From the NCBI GenBank assembly GCA_038087875.1, contig CM075991.1, positions 7,628,001-7,692,000 on the forward strand: a stretch of DNA of 64,000 nucleotides, written 5' to 3'. This document shows, in pieces, positions 1 through 12,315 of the stretch (position 1 is its first letter; each line of letters opens with the position of its first letter). Source of the stretch: Malacoraja senta. Its lineage: Eukaryota. A model generated the notes under the pieces. That model made no database searches, was not told the origin of the DNA, and worked only from the letters and a program-made list of their open reading frames with translations. A program made the translations under genes and the position numbers.

Positions 1-134
1 GTGTGCTGCTTAGTAATGGCCACAACATTCTAACTGGCTGATCTTATGATTTTTCATCATCTTGCTTTTTAGATGACAATGGAGGCCATATTAAGATGCA
101 AGGCCATCTTCAAGTTCGCAAGTTCACGTTATGG

Positions 135-560
135 GTGTAGAATTAGGCCATTCAGCCCATCGAGTGCACTCCGCCATTTAATCATGGCTGATCTCTGCCT
201 CCTGATCCTCCTGCCTCCAAAGTTTTCCTGCCTTCTCCCCATAACCCTTGACACCCGTTCTAATCAAGAATCTGCCTACCCCTGCCTTAAAAATATCCAT
301 TAACTTAACCTCCACTGCCCTCTGTGGCAATGAGTTCCACGGATTAACTACCGTCTGACTAAACAAGTTCCTCCTCACCTCCTTTCTAAAAGAGCGTCCT
401 TTAATTCTGAGGCTCTGACCTCTGGTCCTAGACTCTCCCACCAGTGGAAACATCCTTTCCACATCCACTCTAACTATGCCTTTCATTATTCTGTAGGTTT
501 CAATGAGGTCCCCCCTCAACCTTCTAAACTCCAGCTAGTGGAGGCCCAGTGCTGTCAAAC
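135..560 (-). mobile_element. CR1 (HER1-like) LINE 3' fragment
   Basis: ORF 178..519(-) MRGDLIETYRIMKG...SRTRGQSLRIKGRSFRKEVRRNLFSQTVVNPWNSLP...GYGEKAG is the typical CR1 ORF2 C-terminus, followed by 3'UTR. Confidence 0.9.
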
Positions 561-569
561 GTTCAAGTT

Positions 570-960
570 GAGGACTTAACTTAGCAAAGACAGATTTATG
601 CTCATGCAGTTTCGTACACCCATGCTGGGAAATTGGATGATTTTTCTGTGGCACCGTTCCACTTCTTTGAAGAGCTTGCTGCAGGTGGCCCCTGTTACTG
701 GACCATGCAATATCTGCAGCATCTTCCAAATCCATTGGCAGGATAATTGAACCAAGGTCCTCTTCCAAGCCAAACATCTCCAGCTTGAAGACTCCAATTA
801 CACTCCACCAGCTGTAACATCCAGGAGGGATGATTAACTTGGCCAACATCTGAAACAGGCACTCTGCTCCGCGGCGTCAAGAGAATGCCAGGGGGATAGA
901 GGAGTCGTTGCAAGGATGTTGTCAACGCCTCCTTGAGAAGATTTCACACCCTCATTGACT
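570..960 (+). mobile_element. Highly decayed RTE-clade LINE ORF fragment
   Basis: Frame-broken peptides IFQIHWQD (721-744) and RSRCKDVVNASLRRF (~899-946) resemble the post-RT region of RTE/BovB-type ORFs. Confidence 0.6.
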
Positions 961-1509
961 TGTGTAATTCTCTGGGCCAAGTCCAAATCAATTGGAAAGA
1001 ACATCTCGAAGGGGACAGAGAATTTCAAGTCAGAATCAGTCAGAGGCCCAGTCTCAGTGTATAATGTAGCACCCCACCCACTTGTACTGTCCCATCAACA
1101 CCTCCTAGTCTACAAAGGCACGTCCTACGCATCCCACATAAGACTTGTCAAGTCCCCAAAGGTGAAAGCAAGCCAACCAGCATCTGCAGTTCCTTCCTAC
1201 TCAACCGTGAGGCACTGCCTCAGAGGAAAAGTAATTTGACCTACAGTTGCCGTAAGAATCACCAATGCCAGGAGAGGTTGCAGATATTGTGAATGCCTCG
1301 AGCACACGTCATCAACTTGTTCATCGAAAAACAAGGAACAGCAGATTCCGATTTAACGAGGAACGATGCAAAATGCTGCAATAACTCAGCAGGTCAGGCA
1401 GCATCCCTGGAGAACATGGATAGGTGAGCCGAAACGTCACCAATCCATTTTCTCCATGGATGCTGCCTGACCCACTGAATTCCTCCTGCAGTTTGTTCCG
1501 ATCGACTTC

Positions 1510-1710
1510 AGGCTTTCTCCGGGGTCTCCGGTTTCCTCCCACACTCCAAAGACGTACAGATTTGTAGGCTGATTGGCTTGGTATAATTGTAAATTGTCCC
1601 TAGTGTGTGTAGGATCGTGTAAGTGTGTGGGGATCGCTGGTCAGCACGGATTCGGTGGGCCGAAGGGCCCGTTTCCACGCTGTATCTCTAAACTAAACCA
1701 AACTAAAACT
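1510..1710 (+). mobile_element. V-domain tRNA SINE (HE1-like), 5' truncated
   Basis: ggtttcctcccacactccaaagacgtac core and gggccgaagggcc...gctgtatctctaaactaaa tail. Confidence 0.85.
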
Positions 1711-1785
1711 CATTAATATTTAATTCATCATCCCCTAACATGTTTGCATGTTTACAGGATTCAATCAGTCAGTCCTTTGCCTGAA

Positions 1786-1874
1786 GGTACACAAAAATGC
1801 TGGAGAAACTCAGCGGGTGCAGCAGCATCTATGGAGCGAAGGAAATAGGCAACGTTTCGGGACGAAACCCTTCT
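1786..1874 (-). mobile_element. Short Penelope-derived insertion with hammerhead core
   Basis: 17-bp direct repeat tcagtcctttgcctgaa at 1769-1785 and 1875-1891; minus strand reads CTGAAGA AGGG tttcgt CCC GAAACGTT (first 4 nt overlap the TSD). Confidence 0.75.
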
Positions 1875-2855
1875 TCAGTCCTTTGCCTGAAATGTCTGCT
1901 GTTATTCTCTGGATCAAACGCAATTTTTTTTTTTTTTTTTAAGTTATATTTTCTCAATTTCAATTCCACTTCGCTTTTTTTGTGAATCTGATCTTCGTAA
2001 CACCGTTGCTATTTTTTCTTTTAAGAAACAGTCCAAGTGCAACAGATTTCAGCTGTGGGGTCATCAAACTAAAACGCTAGCTCTGTTTCACTGATCACAA
2101 CTGCTGCGTGACCATCTCCAGCATGTTCTGTTTTTGTTTTATTTTCTGTGTGGCTGGGTTGAGTGCAGCCAGCAATTTCAGGGAAAATGCTATCAGGCTT
2201 TGCAGTGTTCTGTGATATAACACTGATTAGAGAGGAGATATGGGAACCCAGCTGACAAGCTCTGAAATGAAGTCAAATCAAGATGTCAGGAGGGGGCATT
2301 TAGAAGATTCAGTTGTAGTGCCTGGGGTATTGTTGGGAAAAGATTGAGTTCAATCCATTTGTCCTGAATTTGCAAGCTTGACAATATGTACTGCCTCCAT
2401 TGTTCCATCCGCTGCATTGAACAGTGAGTCTTTGAAATGCCTTGTTTTTGAACTTCTGTGATAGCATTGTTTCTCGCTCAGTATTTATAACCAAGCCAGT
2501 CAACAGATTCAGTGAGCAACATTAATATTTCCACACAACTCTCATCTCCCTTCTGTCCATGTTTTGGAACCAAGGTTGGGTACTGTTCACAAAGCAAAGT
2601 TGTAAAACTTCCTCTAATTCCCTTTAAGAGTCCAGCTCACTGCCAAATGTGAGAAACTTGGGACGTTCTCCTGGAGAACATGGATAGACGAGGCTTTGGG
2701 TCCTCAACTGAAGTGTTACCTATCCATGTTCTGCTGAGACGCTGCCTGAACTGTTGAGTTATTCCAGCACTTTGTGTCCTTTCGCATAAACCAGCATCTG
2801 CAGTTCTTTGTTTCGACAAGTTCTGCTCAGTGTTCCATCTTGAAATTACAAATTA

Positions 2856-3087
2856 CACACACACACTCACATATACACATACCCACACACTCTATCACAC
2901 TCACACCATCACACACACTATCACACACACTATCACACACACAATCACACTAACATCATCACACTCACAATCACACTCACACTATCACATACACACTATC
3001 AGACACACACTATCAAACTCACACAACCACACTCACACTTTCACACACACACACACACAACCACACTCACACTATCTCACACACACA
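2856..3087. repeat. Imperfect (CA)n/(CACACT)n microsatellite
   Basis: Direct inspection. Confidence 0.95.
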
Positions 3088-3967
3088 GTTATCGAGAACA
3101 TTCACCAGGTGGCTGGCCAAGTCAGAGCGAAGGCATTGCAGGCATGAACGGCTCTCTGCACTGAGATGTCTGTACAGTGATTGTGGAGAGACTCAAGGGG
3201 CAGGAGGATGAGTAGAGCCAGTCTCCCTTGTTATTTTTGCTGTACACACTGCACTGGTCATTTCTGTCATTCCAACCTTATTTAATCATCATTTCACCCG
3301 AGTTGAAAGCAGCCAGGCAGAGAAGGGAGAGATTGTGTTGTGATAGATTTATAAAGCCAGGTGAATGAACCAATTTCCTTTTCCATTCACTGGCCTCAAT
3401 TTGCATAATTTATTATCAATAGGCATTAACAAGTATTGGTCGGTTTCTATCATTTGGGAAAGAATAGTAATTTGCATGAAGAACAAAATGTCTCTCTTCT
3501 AGTGAATATTTTACAATTCAAAAATAATTTATTGTTTTCATCAATGCAATTCGATGTGAAAAATGTTCCAGCTGAAAAGGTAGGTGATGCAGTGTGTGCT
3601 GAGAATATATGAGTGTAGTTAACATCGCACTGTGAAAGGGATTGTATAATGAGAGGGATGGCGGGAACTATTTTATAATCATTTTTATGAGCCTGTGTAT
3701 ACAGCAGATAACTAGAATTACAAATCGCACTGTGTTGCTCCATGCTTCCCTTAAATTTTTCGGCACCCGTCATATTCGCAGCAGGTCGTCGAAAAATTTC
3801 AACATGTTGAAAATCCAGTAAAAGGTACTTCTCTTTGGGCCACTACTCGCAACCATACAGGCGTCACCCCCCGACAGGCCCTTCACAATCACTATCACAT
3901 GGTTTGGGTTTTGTTTAGCGACACAGAATGGACAGGCCCATCGGCCCACCGGGTTTAATTTAGTTTC

Positions 3968-4271
3968 TGTGGGAAGGAACTGCCCGATGTTGGTTTAAAC
4001 CAAAGATGTTGGTTTAAAAGCTGGAGTAACTCAGCGGGACAGGCAGCATCTCTGGAGGGAAGGAATGGGTGACGTTTCAGGCCGAGACCCTTCTTCGGAA
4101 CTGCAGATGCTGGTTTAAACTGATGAAAGACACAAAAAGCTGGAGTAACTCCGTGGGACAGGCAGCATCTCTGGAGATGGAAGAAGGGTCTCGACCCGAA
4201 ACGTCACCCATTCCTTCTCTCCAGAGATGCTGCCTGTCCCACTGAGTTACTTCAGCTTTTTGTGTCTATCT
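3968..4271. repeat. Tandem plus inverted Penelope pLTR-derived repeat cluster
   Basis: Two units of gaactgcagatgctggtttaaa...ctggagtaactcagcgggacaggcagcatctctggag, then an inverted arm with aagaagggtctcgacccgaaacgtc. Confidence 0.75.
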
Positions 4272-4973
4272 TTAATTTTATTTATTGTCACATGTACCGA
4301 GACACAGTGAAAAGCTTTTGTTGCGTACTAACCAGTCAGTGGAAGGGCTATGCATGATTACATTTGAGCCACGCACAGTGCACAGATACATGATAAGGGA
4401 ATAATGCTCAGTGCAAGTTAAAGCCAGGAAAGTCCAATCAAAGATAGTGCGAAGATCTCTAATGAGGTAGATAGTATTTCAGGACTGCTCTCTAGTTGTG
4501 GTAAGGTAGTTCAGTTGCCTGATAACGGCAGGGAAGAAACTGTCCCTGAATCAGGAGGTGGATTTTCACACTTCTACACCTTTTGCCTGGTGGGAGAAGG
4601 GGGAGTGGCAAGTGTGCAATTCATCCTTGATTATGTTGCTGGCCTTGCCGAGGCAGCGTGAGGTATAAATGGAGTCAAGGTTTGTGTCATATTCTGGGCT
4701 GTGTCCATAATTCGCTGTCGCACTGCTCTTCGATGACCTGTTCGAACTAGTTCTATGTTATCCCACTTTCTCATCCACTCCCGACACAATAAGGCATTTT
4801 TTATACAGAGGTAAATTAATATGCAAACCCGTGGATCTTTGGGATGCACGAGGAAACCAAAGCACCACTGTAAATAATCCTTAGTGTGTGGGCAAGTGGT
4901 AGAGTCTGGGGCAGTCGATGGGAATGCATGGAAAATTAAATGGGATGAGTGTGGGATTAATTGAAATGGATGC

Positions 4974-5720
4974 TTAGACTTAGACTTGGACTTAGACTTA
5001 GATTCCTTTATTGTCATTCAGACCTTTCGGTCTGAACGAAATTTCGTTGCCTGCAGTCATACATATAATAAATAACAAAACACACAATAAACACAAATTA
5101 ACATCCACCACAGTGAGATCACCAGGCTTACCTCCTCACTGTGATGGAGGTAAAAGTCTTAAAGTCTCTGTCTCTTCCCTCTTTGTTCTCCCTCTGCGCT
5201 GAGGCGATCCAGGCTTCTGACGTTGTGACCCCGCCGGGTGATGGTAAGTCAGTCCCGCGGCTGAATCCGTGCTCCGTCCGCGACGGGCCGGTTCAAACTC
5301 CGCGGCCCGGGGTGGCCGAAGCTGCCGCCCTCCAGTCCAGCTGCCGCCCTCCAGAAAAACAGGTCACCCACCTGTGACCTGCGAGCTCCCGACGATGTCG
5401 TCCACTGGGCCCGCGGCCGAGCCTCCGGACTCAGGTCGCCACCAGCATCCTCGGTCACCACCGCCGGAACGCCACCGCAGCCCCGAAGCCGGCCAGCCCC
5501 GCGCTGGTAAGTCCTGGCTCTGCCTCCGGAGCCTTGATGTCGGTTGGTCGCAGTTGGTGTTGGAGGCCGGCAGCTCCGCCATTAGGCCTCGGCGCAGACG
5601 GAGGCAGAGAAGGGGGGCACGACAAGAAAAAGTCGCATTCCCCCGAAGGAAGAGACAAAAATCATGTTTCACCCCCCCACCCCACACGTACACAACCCAA
5701 TAACTAAAATTTAACTAAAA
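4974..5720 (-). mobile_element. Unclassified CpG-rich non-autonomous retroposon-like element
   Basis: (TAAGTC)n tail and AATAAA on the minus strand at the left end, GC/CpG-rich core; same layout as 9187-9880. Confidence 0.55.
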
Positions 5721-5815
5721 TTGGTGGTCAGGTCAGACTCGGTGGGCAAAGGTCTGCTCTGTATTATTCTATGGCTCAAACCTTATTTTAGTCCCATCAT
5801 GCAGTAGATGTGTTA

Positions 5816-6132
5816 AGGGCCTGTCCCACTGTACGAGGTAATTCAAGAGCTCTCCCGAGTTCTAAAAAAAAAAAAACTTGTGGTGAGCACGTAGAATGTA
5901 CATAGCGGGTACGTCGGAGCTCGGGGCGTCTCTTAGCGGCTCGTAACGCTAACGGCAGGTCCTCGGGAAACGCAGTAAGCTCGTGAAGACTCGTGAAGAT
6001 TTTTCAACATGTTGAAAACTGTCCACGAGAGCCCCGAGTACCGACGAGCGGCTATTACCGTAATTCTCTGAGTTCGAATCAGGGGAAACTCGGGAGAACT
6101 CTTGAATTAACTCGTACAGTGGGACAGGCCCT
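5816..6132. mobile_element. PIF/Harbinger-type MITE
   Basis: TIR agggcctgtcccactgtacgag / ctcgtacagtgggacaggccct, TTA TSD on both sides, internal palindrome at 6001-6018. Confidence 0.9.
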
Positions 6133-8145
6133 TTATTCGAATTAAAATAATGGTTGGGCTTACATCTACAGTCCCGTGAAAATAGATCAAATTTTACCAT
6201 GGCAGCATGGGGAATTAAATTCAATTAGTTAAAGATATCTATAATAAAAAGCTAGTGAACTACTTGATTTTATAAAAGCCCAGCTATTTCACTAATATCC
6301 TTCAGAGGAGGTGATCTATCATCCATACACTGAAACATTTCCAGCAACATATAGAGAAGATTTAGTTTTACGCTACAATTCGTAAAGTGGTACGAGCAAT
6401 ATTATATATTACCCCTCCTCTAATAATATAAAACCAAAAAATAAAAATAAATCACATTGAAAGTAGCTATTGTGACTGAGTGTTACTTCAGTATCCTCTG
6501 TATACATGGATGGATGGCTGTCCTTTAAGATGTGGCCTTAACTCTGGGAGTCTGTATGCCACATAATGCTAAATAAATCATTCTTAATTCATGAGCATTA
6601 ATAAATTGCACAGCGCTGTGTAAGATACACAAAAATGCTGGAGAAACTCCTAAGATACACTGGACTAACAAAATGGGCGTGTTAAAGATATGATCATGAT
6701 GTGGTGTGACTTGGGTGCTAATACTGAGTCACTTGTGCCTTTCATCACGCCTGAGGTGGGCTTCCTTCTCTTGGTGCCATCAGCTCTTTGTAATTGTCCT
6801 TGGTACTCTGCTTGCTCCTCTCTTCTCTTGTTTGCTTCTTGAAGGTTTTTGCATCTCTGGCCTCTTGTTCCAAAAACACTGCCTACTATATCTTCGTGTA
6901 GAGGGGAACTGCAGATGCTGATTTACACCGAAGATGGACACAAAATGTGGAGTAACTCAACGGGACAGGCAGCATCTCTGAAGAGAAGGAATGGGTGACG
7001 TTTCTGGTCAAGACCCTTCTTTAGACTGAAGAAGGCAACATCTCTAGAGCGAAGGAATGGGTCCTGCTTAGTTACTCCAGCATTTTGTGTCTATCCCACA
7101 ATTTATTTGACTGGATAACTCGCGAACAAAAGCCTTTCACTGTACCTCAGTTCACGTGCCAATAATGCACTAAACCTAACCTAAGCAAAACAAAATGATT
7201 TTAACATCTTGTCTATTGACCCCATGTTTGTGGCCTTGACTTCCACCATGGTCATTTCTCCGAGTCTAGCCATTGATTTGATCACAGCATTACTCCGAAG
7301 TAATACCCTCAACGCCATATCATTCCCAGTGAGGTGAGAAATTTCTTGCATTGAGACCATGCTCTAGGTCTCATTTATACATTTATCAATCTCATCTTCT
7401 GTGCTGTAATCCTCCTGGTTTCAGTGTGACTTCCTTCTGGTCTTCTGCAATAGATTCTTTGGGTTCACTGTCAGAGAACATCTCCCATCAGTCTTGCTGC
7501 ATAGCCTTGAGATCACGATGGAAGAACCATACACGTTAGTCCAAGGTCAACTTGAAATGTTGTCTCCTGTTTACTCTTGTAAAAACGTCTTGGCAAAAGT
7601 ACCTCAATCACTGTTCCTTCCAAAAAAGCTATCTTCTTTGACACCATGTGCGTTGTTGAGAACAAAACTGTAAATGTTGGAATTATGAAAGAAAAAGAGA
7701 AAATGCATAATTACCAGTAGTTTGACTAGCATCTGTGGTGAGGGAAACAGAGTTAACCTTTCAGGTTGTTGACCTTTCATGAGAACTGATTAGTTCCGAT
7801 GAAAGTTCCTCAACTCAAAACATTAATACTACTTCCTGACCTATGGATACTTTTCTGTTTTTGTATCAGGTAGGTTTTGTTCAACTGGTGCTCTGCATTG
7901 GTCATTGTCTATAAGCCTTCTTCATCAGCATACCTACCTGTGCCACCACCTTCAGGGATTGTTAGACTTGTACATAAAGGTCCCTTTGTCCCTGTTAGCC
8001 TTAACATTCATGGTTATATAACCAACTCGAACCCCCCAAATGCAACACCTCACACATCAGTATAAAATACCATCTGTTGTTGCTCTGCCCAATTTACCAA
8101 CTGATCACTTTCATTCTCATTGTCATATAGTCATACAGCATGGAA

Positions 8146-8490
8146 ACATAGAAACATAGAAACATAAAAAATAGGTGCAGGAGTAGGCCATTCGGCCCTT
8201 CGAGCCTGCACCGCCATTCAATATGATCATGGCTGATCATCCAACTCAGTATCCTGTACCTGCCTTCTCTCCATACCCCCTGATCCCTTTAGCCACAAGG
8301 GCCACATCTAACTCCCTCTTAAATATAGCCAATGAACTGGCCTCAACTACCTTCTGTGGCAGAGAATTCCACAGATTCACCACTCTCTGTGTGAAAAATG
8401 TTTTTCTCATCTCGGTCCTAAAAGACTTCCCCATTATCCTTAAACTGTGACCCCTTGTTCTGGACTTCCCCAACATCGGGAACAATCTTC
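8146..8490 (-). mobile_element. CR1 LINE 3' fragment
   Basis: ORF 8246..8557(-) FPMLGKSRTRGHSLRI...TQRVVNLWNSLPQ...GYGEKAGTGY; (TTTCTATG)n tail. Confidence 0.9.
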
Positions 8491-9186
8491 GGCCCAACTT
8501 GTTCATGCCGAACAAGATGCCCCATCTGCACTGGTCCCACCTGTCCACAATTGGCACATATCCTTCTCAACCTTTCTTATCCATGTACTTGTCCAGATGT
8601 CTTCTAAAAGTTGTAATATTCTGTGTCCTTAGACTACCCTCTTCACTATCAACAACTCCAACAATGTTTGTGCCATCTGCAAACTTACTGATCATATCAA
8701 GTACATTGATTATGATTTGATATCAATGTATGTAACAAAAAGCACGAGTTTCAGCATCAATCTCCATGAAACATTATTGGTCATGGGCTTCCAATTACAA
8801 TTTGGTCTGGCATTCACCACTATGTGATTCCGTCAACTGGTGGCCGAATATTTCAATTCAGCCTTGGATAGTTCCACAGCTTTGTGTATGTGTATGCATT
8901 TCTAGAGCTAACACTGTCTCAGTTTTGGTTAACATTACCTTGGGCATAACTCTTGAATTGCACAAATGATCCAATTTCTGACGAGTGATTCCTTCCAATC
9001 TGCAGAACTGCAATTATTTGCTGACATTCCTCAGTCAGTTGAGTTTATTGTCACGTGTACCGAGGCACGGTGAAAAGCTTTTATTGCACGCTATCCAGTC
9101 AGCAGAAAGATAATACATGATTACAATTGACCTAGCTATGTTAGTACATTGTCAAAGGATTCTTCTGCTTATGACCACAAGATCTA

Positions 9187-9880
9187 GTAAGATAAGATAA
9201 GATAAGATAAGACTTTATTAATCCCCTTATTCAGGGGAAATTAAGATGTCCTTGCAGCACACTAATAAAAATACAACATAGTGTTCAAAACGAAGTTCAA
9301 CACAAAAACATCCCCCCCACAATGGTTCCCACTGTGGGGGAAGGCACAAAGTCCAGTCCCCATCCTCTTGTCCACCCAGAGTCGGGCCCACTGAGGCTCC
9401 ACAGTCCCGCCACGGCGCCCAATATTCTCGCCCAGGCTCCGGGATGTACCATTCAGCGTCGCAGCTGGCCGCTCCACAGAACCGCGGCTCCACGATGTTC
9501 CCATCGGCGGTCCCAGCGCGGCGACCCAGGAAAGGCATCGCCCGCTCCACGACAGCGCTCCAGCGCTGCACCGCCGCCAAGGCCGATGTTCTGCGCCGCC
9601 GCCAAAGCCGGTGTTCTGGCCAGGTCCCCTCAGGGAAACGTCTGCGCCGCCGCCAAAGCCGGTGCTCTGGCCAGGTCCCCCAGGGAAACGCCGCTCCAGG
9701 ACCCGCTGGTAGGCCGCAAGGACAGGTCGAAGGCGCTGCTCGGAGGAAGGCAACCCCTCCGACCAGGTAGGGACTCGAAAAACAGTTTCCCCCTTCCCCC
9801 CCACCACCCGCCACACATAAAAAGATTAGGCCCCCTGACGACACACTAAACGTACTAAAAATAATAAAAAAGAAGGGAAA
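9187..9880 (-). mobile_element. Unclassified CpG-rich non-autonomous retroposon-like element with internal ~50-bp tandem duplication
   Basis: (TTATC)n tail and AATAAA on the minus strand; GC-rich core; duplicated unit at 9591-9641 and 9642-9690. Confidence 0.55.
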
Positions 9881-10115
9881 GTTGTAATATTCTGTGTCCT
9901 TAGACTACCCTCTTCACTATCAACTATTTCAACTGCATTTTCCAGGGTCTCATTTGAAGGATTTATTGTAAGTACAGTGTTTGTGCCCTATACCCTATAT
10001 TAGATACAACAATATCTATACTCATCTTATCTGGTTCTTTGCCATTGCCAATTCAGTACAAACATATCTCCTCCAGGTATGTCTACTTTGAAGAAGTTCT
10101 CCTCCTCTCTAACAG

Positions 10116-11157
10116 TAGCAATGTTACAAAACTTTGATATTTTAAAAATCAAGTCTGTAATTTATCCCATCAGATAAAGCATAAAAAGAAGTTTAATTTG
10201 ACACCTAATTCACTTTCATATCTTCAGTATTAAAAAAGTTATGGCCATTTTCATACTCGGAAATTAGCATCTTGTTCCCTATTGCTTTTCCATTGACTTA
10301 ACACAAAAGCTGTGATCGAGGACAGTTAAAAGCCCTTAACTTTCTTAAAAATTAAGAGAACTGAAAGAAATTTTCAGTTATTATAGATTGAAGCATTCTG
10401 AAACAAATATGAAACAATCTTACTTAGATGACATGAAATTAAAGCATATAATTAGTTAGTTACCTAATTGTAGCTAATTACAAAATTCAAGTACTAGATC
10501 TAAACATCTATCAATTTCTTAAGAATAGATTAACATTTTTAAATAGCCTAAGTGTCCAAATAACATTCACACAATAATTCACAATATAACATATTTTTTT
10601 TATCTCCTTGTCATGGATTTACAGGCCAAATGGAAGAAATTGAATGTTTAATACCTGTAAATTAATGGGAATTTATATCATCTTGCGAATGGGGATTTCT
10701 GGAACGCGATCATTTGGAACGTTCATTTGCGGTGAATTTAACCCTGTATTGGCATGAAAATTATTGCCGTTAGTTCGGGGGGAAAAATCACCGTGTCGCA
10801 TGTAAAAATGTGAATTAAAGGCCTCTTAAGGAGAACGTTTATACATAAAAATAAACCACTTTCGTTTACCTTTCACGTGTGAAATCCGTCCCTGTTGTTG
10901 GAGTTGACGGGTTCAGAAGATGATTTTAAAATGATTCCAACGCTGAACTTGTCGGGAGATTTTTAAAACAAAATACTCAAAACGCCCCTCGGAACGATTC
11001 TTCCGCAAAAGCTTGTACTCCAACAAAATATAATTCAGGACAAGGTAGGAGAAACCCGCGTTTTAACCCCGCCCCCCCCCTTAAAGGCGGCAAAATCGCG
11101 CACACGGCCAGTGACAGAATTACAGCGCCGCTGAAGGCAAGTATTGTAACATACCTA
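10116..11157. mobile_element. Non-autonomous DNA transposon (TAG...CTA ends, 7-bp TSD; hAT-like), copy 1
   Basis: TIR tagcaatgttacaa / ttgtaacataccta; TSD ctaacag at 10109-10115 and 11158-11164; collinear with 17155-18189. Confidence 0.85.
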
Positions 11158-11159
11158 CT

Positions 11160-11460
11160 AACAGCACCTCATATTTCACTTGGGTAGTTTACACCCCAGC
11201 AGTATGAACATTGACTTCTCTAATTTCAGGTAGTCCTTGCTTTCTCCCTCCTTCGCCTCCCCCTTCCCAGCTCTTCCACAAGCCTACTGTCTCCGCCTCT
11301 TCCTTTCTTTTTCTCCACACCCCACCCCCCTCCCCGCTATCAGTCTCGACCCGAAACGTCGCCTATTTCTTCTCTCCATAGAAGCTGCCTCACCCCCTGA
11401 GTTCCTTCAGCATTTTTGTCTACCTTTGAATTTTCCAGCATCTGCATTTCTTTCTTAAAC
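11160..11460 (+). mobile_element. Penelope-like element 3' end (GIY-YIG C-terminus plus pLTR)
   Basis: Translates QHLIFHLGSLHPSSMNIDFSNFR*, the usual end of vertebrate Penelope ORFs; followed by a pyrimidine tract and tctcgacccgaaacgtc (hammerhead 3' half). Confidence 0.8.
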
Positions 11461-11879
11461 AAATCTTTCATTGTCTCCTTTCTTTAGACAGTTTACCTAT
11501 CTGGAAATGCAATGGCTTGGGTCTCTTTATTTGTTCCATCGTGTCCGACTACAACTGAATTGCACGATCCGCTGACTCTGGCAACAACTTCATGTGCTAT
11601 CTTAACTGAGGAGGTTTATGCTGGCATTCCGTGTCGCCATTCAGGGAAGCAATTAAAATTGCGTAACATCTTCAGGCACCACCTCTGATAAGATGTCCCA
11701 GTTTCTTTCTCTCATTTCCTGACGAAAGTATCGGAGGATCGTCCATAATTTATGCCAACAAAATACTTTATTTAATCAAAGAAACTTATAGAGAGACAAG
11801 TTTTGCCATGTTTTTCAATGTTCTTCACTGAAACATCTGCAGCAATGTACAGAGATTAGTTGAACAAGTTTATGGGGGG

Positions 11880-12315
11880 ATGGCGGGACTGACATGATGA
11901 AAGAATGGATCGTCTGGGCTTATATTCACTGGAATTTAGAAGGATGAGGGGGATCTTATAGAAACATATAAAATTCTTACAGAATTGAACACGCTAGATG
12001 GAGGAAAAATACCCCCGATGTTGAGGGAGTCCAGAACCAGGGGTCACACTTTAAAAATAAGGGGTAGGTTATTTAGGATTGAGATGAGCAAAAACGTTTT
12101 CACCCAGAGAGTTGTGAATCCGTGGAATTCTCTGCCACAGAAGGCAGTGGAGGCCAACTCACTGGATGTTTGCAAGAGAGACTTAGATATAGCTCTTAGG
12201 GCTAACAGAATAAAGGGATATGGGGAGAAGGCAGGAACGGGGTACTGATTTTGGATGATCAGCCATGATCAAATTGAATGGCTCGAAGGGCCGAAGGGTT
12301 TACTCCTGCACATCC
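11880..12315 (+). mobile_element. CR1 LINE 3' fragment
   Basis: ORF 11985..12248 ESRTRGHTLKIRGRLFRIEMSKNVFTQRVVNPWNSLP. Confidence 0.9.

Noticed and set aside
73..135. Splice-acceptor-like site followed by ATG
   Set aside because: No convincing donor; the ORF runs into an antisense CR1
2830..3147. His/Thr-rich ORF
   Set aside because: Translation of a (CA)n microsatellite
9227..9849. Several overlapping 100-200 aa ORFs (also at 5249-5703)
   Set aside because: GC-rich repeat open on both strands, no recognisable domain
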